From positions 628,647 through 686,338 of the forward strand of contig WELB01000007.1 of assembly GCA_009602725.1 (NCBI GenBank): a stretch of 57,692 nt of DNA, read 5' to 3'. Made by a program: the position numbers and the translations under genes. The notes below the pieces were generated by a model, which was not told the origin of the DNA, ran no database searches, and worked only from the letters and a program-made list of their open reading frames with translations. This document shows positions 25,016-34,772 of this stretch, piece by piece (position 1 is the first letter of the stretch; the number at the start of each line of letters is the position of its first letter). This DNA is from Spirogloea muscicola. Lineage: Eukaryota.

Positions 25016-25339
25016 ATGCTACATAGACAAATTTGAACCGTTCTAAACTTTGTTCATGGATTGTGATCTTTGACAACTGACAACAATCGTCTTTGTTGGC
25101 CTCTTATCAGACTGTCCTTCATGTCAGCTGGTTAAGGTAGCCAACATCTTCGTTTGAATTGTGTATCTCGTAGGCTAGTACGTCAGCATTTGTCTTCATC
25201 TGGACTCATCGACGCCATCTCGTATCGACGCCTTTGCGCATGACACGGCCCTTTGGATCTTATCAAGGGTTTTCGGGTTGGCTTTTCACAGCCCTTCGCC
25301 CTCTTTATATCGCTTAATAGACACTCCACTTCTTTGGGA

Positions 25340-25505
25340 GAGCCACATTGCAGCTGACCCCCTCAGTAACTAGAGGTCATCAGCACGTGGAAGTCGCTAA
25401 TTGATGCCCGAATGCCGGACGGCACATCGTCACACTGTGTCACCACAGTCTAATGGTCGACTAAGCTTTCTGGTGCGAAAGCATGAGCCTGGGCTCGCTG
25501 TAAGG
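25340..25505 (-). mobile_element. Degenerate RLE/CRE-like 3' remnant (subfamily B)
   Basis: LQRAQAHAF/HQKA..ASISDFHVL, followed by GTTACTGAGGGGGTCAGC. Confidence 0.65.
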
Positions 25506-25757
25506 AGGCCCGAAGAGAGCCAGACAGCACCCACGGCCGGAGGCTCTGGCAGAAGGCGCCAACGGCCGTTAGCTTCCGACGGGGCCTGGGAAGCTATGGT
25601 CAGGCTCCTGCCGGTAACGGCGGGCTTTGTCGCGAGGCAGGGCGGCAGGCCGTGCCACGACGGCGACGGCTCTGTCGCCGCGCGGCTGGCCCGGCTGGCA
25701 CGCTTTTGGCGCGACAGCCCGCCCGGCGGCTGCCAGGGCCGCCGCTGTGGCCCGGCG

Positions 25758-26509
25758 NNNNNNNNNNNNNNNNNNNNNNNNNNNNNNNNNNNNNNNNNNN
25801 NNNNNNNNNNNNNNNNNNNNNNNNNNNNNNNNNNNNNNNNNNNNNNNNNNNNNNNNNNNNNNNNNNNNNNNNNNNNNNNNNNNNNNNNNNNNNNNNNNNN
25901 NNNNNNNNNNNNNNNNNNNNNNNNNNNNNNNNNNNNNNNNNNNNNNNNNNNNNNNNNNNNNNNNNNNNNNNNNNNNNNNNNNNNNNNNNNNNNNNNNNNN
26001 NNNNNNNNNNNNNNNNNNNNNNNNNNNNNNNNNNNNNNNNNNNNNNNNNNNNNNNNNNNNNNNNNNNNNNNNNNNNNNNNNNNNNNNNNNNNNNNNNNNN
26101 NNNNNNNNNNNNNNNNNNNNNNNNNNNNNNNNNNNNNNNNNNNNNNNNNNNNNNNNNNNNNNNNNNNNNNNNNNNNNNNNNNNNNNNNNNNNNNNNNNNN
26201 NNNNNNNNNNNNNNNNNNNNNNNNNNNNNNNNNNNNNNNNNNNNNNNNNNNNNNNNNNNNNNNNNNNNNNNNNNNNNNNNNNNNNNNNNNNNNNNNNNNN
26301 NNNNNNNNNNNNNNNNNNNNNNNNNNNNNNNNNNNNNNNNNNNNNNNNNNNNNNNNNNNNNNNNNNNNNNNNNNNNNNNNNNNNNNNNNNNNNNNNNNNN
26401 NNNNNNNNNNNNNNNNNNNNNNNNNNNNNNNNNNNNNNNNNNNNNNNNNNNNNNNNNNNNNNNNNNNNNNNNNNNNNNNNNNNNNNNNNNNNNNNNNNNN
26501 NNNNNNNNN
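25758..26509. other. Assembly gap (N run)
   Basis: N tract between GC-rich flanks. Confidence 1.
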
Positions 26510-26650
26510 CCCCCCCCCCCCCCCCCCCCCTCTTCTATCGCCATCTCTCCCATCATCCCCTCGTCTTTCCCACCGTCTGCTCTGCTCTCGTCAGACTTGC
26601 CGTCACGGGCAGCGAGAGATCGAGCTCCCATCCCGGCACCCCGGCCAGCC

Positions 26651-26848
26651 ATGGAGATGCTGGCCAGCTGCGCCCCGCTCGGGCCCCTGCCTGGCTCTGG
26701 CCCCGTCCCCGGTCCCGCCTACACTGCCGGGGCCTTCGGCGGCGGCATGGACCTGCTCGAGTATGTCATGGCCAAGAACAAGTCCGAGGAGCTCATGTCC
26801 ATCTTCAATACGCTGGGCGGCACCAACGGCACTGCGGGCTTTGCCATG

Positions 26849-26879
<31 letters not shown>

Positions 26880-27879
26880 CCACGAGCTGCCGCGCGGAGC
26901 TCAGCTCGCAGCTCAGCCTGCCGGGCTTGGCGCCACCGTTCACGCCTGCTCCAACGCCGTCCTCGGCGCCTGGCGGCAAGCGGCAGTGGCAGGAGATCGA
27001 GGCGCAGCTGGCGCTGCTGCAGCACTCGCACGCCATGACGCTCGCCGAGTTTGAGCGCCGCAAGCAGCAGGAGCAGCAGGTCCTCCAGCTCCAGCACCTC
27101 CAGGAGGCCCTGCTGGGCATGGCCACAAACGTTGGCAATGGGGGGCAGTGGAACTCAGCCCCAGCCAGCAATGGCGGCGGACTCCTCGCAAGCGCCCTCA
27201 TGGCAGCAGTCGCCGCAGGCGGAGGCAATTCTGGCAACGACCGCAAGCGGCCCGCAGAGCTGACCCTGCCGGACTTTTACCTCGACGGGCCTGGGAGCAA
27301 CAAGCACCTGCGGCTGGAGGACGCGCCGTCGATACTGGACATGAGCCCCTTGTCGCCTTCGCCAGGCAGCGGCGGATGCCGGTACAAGGGCGTGCGGCAG
27401 CGCAAGTGGGGCAAGTGGGTGTCTGAGATCCGCGAGCCTCGCAAGCGGTCGCGCATCTGGCTTGGGTCCTTCGACACTGCTGAGGAGGCAGCCAAGGCAT
27501 ATGATGTCGCCGCTCGCATGCTCCGGGGTGACAAGGCCTTCCTCAACTTTCCTGAAAGGTCAGAACGACTACATCCACAGGATCTTTGCTGCTGATCTGG
27601 ACTACCCGGCTGTGCTCGGCTACGTGATGGATAGCATTTGCTGGTATTGTTGTCATGAATATGATCTGATGTGTCACTTTGTCCTCCTGCAGCTATGAAG
27701 AGGTGGTGCTTCCGGCAGCCACAGCCGACGCGCTCATCAAAGCTGGCGTGGAGGCAGCACGCGTCCTCGGCCTGCCATCGCCCAACTACACCCGCACACC
27801 AGCTGATGGCCCCGTCGACAGCAGCAGCAGCGGCGGCGGCTGCGGCCCCGCTGACTCCTCCGATGACGGCTCTGCCTAG
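26651..27879 (+). CDS. AP2/ERF transcription factor, DREB-type, 2 exons
   Basis: [58 protein letters not shown], with V14/E19 as in the DREB subfamily. Intron 27559-27692. The start is the first ATG after the gap, so it is tentative. Confidence 0.92.
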
Positions 27880-28977
27880 CCCCACTGGTCTCCAAGCGCA
27901 GCCCCATCTGCTCTCCCAAGGGCCAAGGCCTTCCCCTCTCTCCCTGTTCTCTCGCCGGGGAGAGAGACGAAGGCCTTGTGCCTCAGGGGCTGCGGCGGCT
28001 GCGGCGGCAGCGGCTATTGTACCTCCGCAGCAGCGATGGCAACACCGACGACTCTCGCGGAGGGCTGTCTCCTCCTCTATCTTCAATCGCCTTGCTCGCA
28101 CATGGCGTTCTGTAGAGTTTCTGCTGCTTGACTTGGCAGGCCTGGCACTGCTCTGCGCCATCCAGACCTGCCCCGTCAAGCAAGTAGGCTGCCAGTAGTA
28201 GCCTCCCTTTTGAGTGTTTTGGTATACGCTTCCGCAATGGCACTACTCAAAGGTGCATAAAGGAAAGGAAGAGCACAACATCAGCAGCAATGCCTGCCGC
28301 AATGTCTCTCCAAAGAGATTGGTGTCGGCAACTTCATGAGCCATTGCCAGTCCATTGGTGGTGATGTAGTGCCTTGCAGTGAATAATTGACACTGTAACA
28401 TGCTACTGATAAGACAGGCCTGTGATTAACTATTCCACCTGACATAGATTGAATCTGTGCATTGCATACTTTACGAAAGTGCAGCACGTTAGCTCACCAA
28501 ACGCATGTATACCAACTAAGATTGTCTTCACGAAGGTGCAGCAGCTACATGTAGATTGCACTACTTTCACCTGGGGTCTGTAGGACTGCCTCTACCGCAC
28601 TTGGTTGGGAACCATCAAAATGCATCAAAGCTTTGCCAGCACAACTCATGCCTGTGCAAAAGTGCTACCATGAGACTGGTTCAATGCCAGCTGCATGGAG
28701 CGCAATGCCATCCATGTCCTTCTGGGACTTGCAGGCTGGTGGACAAGGAAACCTAAGCAACCTGAACACAACTACTGCACTACCATCATTGACAGATGCA
28801 TGCTTGGTGCCGTACACCACTGAGACGCATGCATACCAGGGTCTCGGAGTTCGGGACTAATAAGGGACTCATTCAGGGTTACTGTAGCGGTGGACTTTAT
28901 ATAAAGTAGCTGGTAGACACTTCAGACGACCGAGGGCACCGTACGTCTGCACGTCAATAAATATTGTGAGCTTATGC

Positions 28978-31900
28978 TCAGCAGTGGCCTTTAATAACTC
29001 GTCGCCGCCATGTGGCAGTCCAACGGTCTAAGTACAGCTCCCATGTGGGCCAGTAGTGGAGGTCTTGCTTCAGCGTCAGCACCTTGGGCTTCCCATTGAG
29101 GTGCACTGTGCGCACACGCACGAAGGCCCCATGCTCCAGCTCCTGGGAGTCCATTGAAAGGGACTGATAAGGGCTGGTGACTCATGCTTTTGAGAAGGAG
29201 ATGGCTAGACGGCTTTTGCATGAAATGGCATACACAGCAGAACACAAGCAGATCACAGTGCACAATGCACGGCCTGATTGACAACAGCAGGCGAAGGGGC
29301 CAAGGAACATTGGGCAGTCTGCAAGGCAATAGTCAGCCCCTGTGAAGGCCAGACTGACCTTGGCAACTGCCAGAAAGGTGTCAAGGTCGCTTGTGGGCCG
29401 CCCATTGACTTCAACAATCCACTGGAGCGCATAGAGACCGTACCGGTGCGCTGGGCTGCCGTGGCACCACCTGTCACAGTACCCAGGTCTACCAGATGTG
29501 GCAGCACTGTAAGCAAGCATTGCTGCACGACTCAGTTAGAAAATGCCAGCCAGACTGACGACCCCATGCACAACATGCGGCAGAAGCGACCTGCCAATGT
29601 AGACGCCGCTGCCATTGTCAGGGAGGAAGCCCATGGCGCGCACGGCCAGGTGGGGCGCCTGCAGCATGCAGCCCGCCCAGTTGACCAGCCGATCTGTCCC
29701 AAACCCGTCTCGCACGTCCAGCCCCACCTTCAGCTCCATTTCTATGCCCTGCAGCGACGCTAGTTGAGGATCTGAACGTGCACATGAGGAGTCCATCAAC
29801 CAGAATACCGATATATTTTTTACGCATATGCATTTGATGCACGGCACCCATGTTGTGCATCAATGTCCGCTAACAGATACTCTGCTGTGAAAAGCCTCCA
29901 AATATTGACTGCAACTCTCAGAAGCAAAGCGGGCATGTTTCTAGACCCATCAAACAGCGGCATTGAAATGGTGGCGCGATGAGTACGCGTCTGAAGATGG
30001 TCAGATGGATGCTGCGGTCGGCTTCGGCAGCCTCGCAGGCCTCCTCGACATCCTGGAAGCACGTGACAGGTCCCACGGTGTCGGTGGCCAGGAGCATGTC
30101 GCCCTCCTCGAGTACGCTCCTGGCTTTGCCGCCAGCGAAGCAACCCTTCACCCGCAGGACCTGCCGCCGCAGTGGGTCCTTGCGTGCCAGCGCCTGCGCA
30201 TGGGCATGGGCAAATGTGTACTGGTGTTAGTCGACTTGTTGACGTGGCCGAGCAGCCCCTGCAAGAGGCACATCTGCTGCAGCTTTCATTCTGCTTTACG
30301 ACTGCCAGTGGCTAAAGGCTGATAACAGCTTGCATGCAGGTTCTGAAAACAGGTATTGGGAACAGTGTTGGTCACTCATGTGAGCTGCCCAGAGGTGGCA
30401 CCTGCACCCAGGCCTCGGACAGGCCGAAGCTCCGGGCCTTAGAAAGCAGCGTTGGCTGGAGCTCCGCTTCCAGGAGGAGGACGAGTGGCATGCGGGTGAG
30501 CCGTCCAAGGATGGCAAGCTTTGGCCCGTCCGTGGGCGACTGCCCGCTGTTTCGCCCCTCCACGATAGTGCAGAGAAAAGCCAGGATGCTGCGCACACCA
30601 ATCCCCCGCACAAACTGGTGGTCCTCAGGCGCGCTGCCATCCGTATACTTCATCTAAAGACAAGGACACACCACTGGTCAGGGCGCCGGAACCATCTCAC
30701 TGCTATGCCCAGCTAAGGATCTGTGCTAAGGAGGGTCCATTGAGTCTGTTCTGTGATACAGATGAAGCAAGTGAGCGGGCATGTACTCGGCACCTCTGCT
30801 TGCACACCTGTGTTGAGAAGCTGGCCCAAAGGCCTTGGACGCAGCCCTCATCATCGGCCAGCACACCGGAGAATGTGTGCCCAAAGTCTGCCGCAGCACG
30901 CATCAGGATTGGGCTGCGGAGCACCAGGCGGTGGCTGTAACATTCATGAAAGTGTGCGCAGGTGGAGCAAGCGGACCTGTGTCGAGCTCGATGACCTCAA
31001 TGTTCATGGCACGGTAGCGGGGGCAGTCAGCGGCGCTGACCGCCGGGGCGGCGCAGGCATTGGTGACAACAGACTTGCGTGACGTCGCCTGCAGGCTGCG
31101 GCTCAGCCCGACCAGGTTGACCACCTCGCCGCGGCTCAGCGGCAGCTCTGCGGGGTCAGTGGCAAGGTGGGCCATAGCCGCATATGAGTGCCCACACAAG
31201 AGCCGCAGACGAACGCTGCAGCAGGATTAGCAGCTGGCAGGGGCCCTGTGGCATACTGACATACCTGGCCGCAAGACTGCAGCCTTGACAGCCGCAGCGC
31301 CGGCAGAGCCAAGTGCCGCAGGGTCATAGGCGACAAACGCGAAGTTGTGGAGAGGGTGCAGAAACACCACCTGCTCGCACATAGCAAATACAGCAAGCAT
31401 TTGCATTGAGACGAGAGGCACAGCCTGGTGAGAGGCCCAGGCTCTTTGAAGTACAGATGAAAATTCAAACGTCATTTATTGTTCATAAGCTGCAAGCTCA
31501 GGGTAAATCAGGGTAAGGGCCAGTACATAAGTATGGGCTCGAACCGGCAGCCAGAGTTTAACACTGATTTAGCACCTAAAACCCTCAGGTTGGGGGCGAG
31601 TCAGGGCTGCGTGGCACCTCGCCAGGAACCTCAGCAGGGTAGGCTGCAAAGGAGAGCACGACATCTCCAGCTGACACGGCAACGGTGTTGCGGTCCACAG
31701 CGACGATACCCAGGCCACCGCTTGCGTCGTGATGGACCACAACACCCGTACCGAAGAAGTGCTGCGAATGCACGCCGTCCAGCATCGCTGTGGGCGGGAT
31801 GTGCACCTGCACAGCAACATAGAAGCCACTAATTTAAAAGGCAGAGGAGAAGGTTCGAAGTTTAAAGGTCCAAAATTGACTTTCTGTGTTGCTTGGGGTC

Positions 31901-34179
31901 AAGTCTAACAAGATCACAAGGTCTCAGTCAAGGTGCAGAACTACGGCTATCAAAGAGTTGCAAAATACAGTCCACGGAGTGGCGAACCTCCAGCATCACA
32001 AGCGCAGCTTCCACCACATGCTCGGCAAGGGACGGCAAGTTCCGGCCGCTGACGCTTCCATCTTCGCCATGTCTGCTGCTGGCAGGCTGCCGCCTGAGAT
32101 CATCGCTGTTGCAGCCTCCCGGCGGTGCCAAGTCCACGTCTTTGACAGCGGCGGCAAGTGGGGCGGAGCTCGGCACAGCAGCGTCCGCGAGGTTACCTTC
32201 CTCATCCTTGACCACAATCCTCTTCTTCTCACCGTTCCCTCCTTCTCCCTCCTCCCGCCCCACCTCGCTAGAAGCCAGTGCATGACTTGCGGGGCGCACG
32301 TTCCAGAGGCCAGTGCCATCGTCACGCTCGTACACCTCCGGCGGCGCGTGCCACTCATGGCGGTCAATGGTGAGCAGCGCCGACTTGGACCTGTGGCGGT
32401 CAACTGCGGTGCGATACTCAAGCGGCACACGAGCGCCAGGTGGCAGGTCCGCCAGTGCTGCATGCAGCGTCGCGAGGTCTGGAGTCGGCAACCCGGCAAG
32501 GCGCGTGAGCAGCGCATGCTTTGGCAAGCCGGCACGTGCGAGAGCGTAGCCCGGCTCTGCAACATACACGCCGCCGGCGCCAGCGCCCGTGGCGAAGCGG
32601 AAGTTGCGTGCCTGCTGGTACGACAGAGCGTGCAGCACGCCGCCAGCAAGCTCCAGGAACAGCGCCGGCGTGACACTGTGCAGGTCCTGCACTGCGACCG
32701 CCAGCACAATGGGTGTGCCGCCACGGTCCACCTCCAAAGCCACCTCGCTACCGACGCGCCCATCCAGCACCTCCTCCAGCTCCAAGAAACTCGTCATAAC
32801 CTGCATCGCGGGCGCCGCTGATTAACAACTGATGAGTAAAGTCCAGGCTGGGTTCTGACTATTATGCCTGTTTGACTCTTAGAAGATGAGAGGAGGAGGT
32901 GGAGGAGGGAGGTGGCAGGAAGAGGGGGCAAGGAGGCGGACGGCAGGAGGCAGGTAGGAGGGAGGAGGGAGGAGGGGGAGAGCTTCTAGGAGGCGGGAAA
33001 GAGGGGTGCAGGCGAGAGGAGGAGGGAGGGGAGAGCACGGCCATCCATGTGCTCCCAGAATAATGGGGATGTAGACTGGACGGCAGCATTGGCGGCAGCG
33101 GGCAAGACGAGCAAGGGGGTCCACCTTGCCGTTGACGCGCACGAGGACGTCACCGGGCTCCAGGCGGCCGTGCGCGGGGCCGTTGGGGACCACTGAGTCC
33201 ACAACAAGCATGCCGACCTCCGCGCCCCCCTTCTCGGCGCGCACGGCCTCCTCCACCTCGTGGCGCAGCCCGAGGCGCCGCGTCTCGTCGAACCCCTTGT
33301 GCAACAACGTGGCCTGCAGCGTGCCGCGTGGGATGACCACCGGCGCCCAAGGTCCGCCGCCGGTCTCTCGCTCGTCCATGGAGGCTTGGAGCAGCTCCAG
33401 GGCGCGCACAACGCGCTCCAGCGGCAGGAAGAAGGCCGACGCGCTCGACGACTTGCTGTCCCAGTCCAGTAGGGAGCAGGAGGCGCCAAGGCAGGGCGGC
33501 GAGGCTGCGGTCAGTCGCCATGGCAGCTGCCCAGCCAGAGAGGGCGCGCAAGAGGAAGGGGAGCGAGAGCAAGGAGCTCGGGCTTATGGGCACCTGCCGG
33601 CGTTGAGGGCGACGGCGCGGCCGTGGACGTCGACGACGGGGGAGCCGGAGGAGCCGCCCTTGGTGCCGGACGCGGCCTGCATGTAGAAGGTGTTGAAGTC
33701 GTTGTACCCGTCCTTGCGGTAGTGGGGGGCGTCGCGGTCGAGGCGGGCGAGCGTGCCGGCGAGGATGGACACCTTCTCGCCGCTGTCGTTGCCGACGACG
33801 CGCACCTCCAGGCCGACGGCGGCGGCGGCGGGCGCCAGCGGGATGGCGTCGAAGGCCAGGAACTGGACGGCGGCGGGGTCGAAGCGCAGGAAGGCGAAGT
33901 CGTGGACGGGGTCGCGGTAGAGCGGCGCCGCGGGGACCTCCTCGCGGTCCACGAACGTGGCCTCCGCGACGGCGGGGCCCGGCCGCGCGACGTGCCGGTT
34001 GGTGAGCAGCAGGCCGCGCCGCTTGTCCACCACGAACCCCGTCGCGTGCGCCGACCCCGCCGCCTCGCCGTCGAACGCCCGCACCGCCGTCACCCGCAGC
34101 ACCACGACCGCCGGCACCACGCGCGCCAGGGCGCGCCGCCAACCCTCCGCCGTCCCTGCGCGCGCCGGCGTGAGCTGCG
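28978..34179 (-). CDS. DEG7: Protease Do-like 7 (DEG7 / Nma111-type HtrA serine protease), multi-exon, 5' end in the gap
   Basis: [27 protein letters not shown], catalytic [17 protein letters not shown], second protease-like half [36 protein letters not shown]-terminus [16 protein letters not shown]. Stop at 28980-28978. Confidence 0.96.
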
Positions 34180-34772
34180 NNNNNNNNNNNNNNNNNNNNN
34201 NNNNNNNNNNNNNNNNNNNNNNNNNNNNNNNNNNNNNNNNNNNNNNNNNNNNNNNNNNNNNNNNNNNNNNNNNNNNNNNNNNNNNNNNNNNNNNNNNNNN
34301 NNNNNNNNNNNNNNNNNNNNNNNNNNNNNNNNNNNNNNNNNNNNNNNNNNNNNNNNNNNNNNNNNNNNNNNNNNNNNNNNNNNNNNNNNNNNNNNNNNNN
34401 NNNNNNNNNNNNNNNNNNNNNNNNNNNNNNNNNNNNNNNNNNNNNNNNNNNNNNNNNNNNNNNNNNNNNNNNNNNNNNNNNNNNNNNNNNNNNNNNNNNN
34501 NNNNNNNNNNNNNNNNNNNNNNNNNNNNNNNNNNNNNNNNNNNNNNNNNNNNNNNNNNNNNNNNNNNNNNNNNNNNNNNNNNNNNNNNNNNNNNNNNNNN
34601 NNNNNNNNNNNNNNNNNNNNNNNNNNNNNNNNNNNNNNNNNNNNNNNNNNNNNNNNNNNNNNNNNNNNNNNNNNNNNNNNNNNNNNNNNNNNNNNNNNNN
34701 NNNNNNNNNNNNNNNNNNNNNNNNNNNNNNNNNNNNNNNNNNNNNNNNNNNNNNNNNNNNNNNNNNNNNNNN
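34180..34772. other. Assembly gap (N run) over the DEG7/RsmE head-to-head promoter
   Basis: N tract. Confidence 1.

Larger units (their letters stand above)
21270..25060 (-). mobile_element. Decayed Ty3/Gypsy LTR retrotransposon pol: C5-DNMT, RT, RNase H, integrase
   Basis: RT: MPFGLKNAPSTFQR, CYIDDVLIFS. RNase H: HTDWSKPGIGAVLTQ..IAYASR..RNYSAYEG. Integrase: HTDYGHFG..CEEC, SLDLAGP, DRGTE, HPQADGMAER. The RT-RH-INT order is Gypsy-type. Many stops and frameshifts; no LTRs, gag or protease recognised. Confidence 0.95.

Noticed and set aside
25060..25260. Search for DNMT motif I (FxGxG), protease or gag upstream of motif IV
   Set aside because: Nothing was recognisable in the frames I read. 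The region is degenerate and ends at a repeat copy near 25245-25301.
25401..27054. Long ORFs spanning N runs (also at 33623-35138 and 49770-51814)
   Set aside because: They are artefacts of translating Ns and of stop-poor GC-rich flanks.
31886..32821. 311-aa plus-strand ORF and similar antisense ORFs over GC-rich exons
   Set aside because: They are shadow ORFs of DEG7 and other genuine opposite-strand exons.
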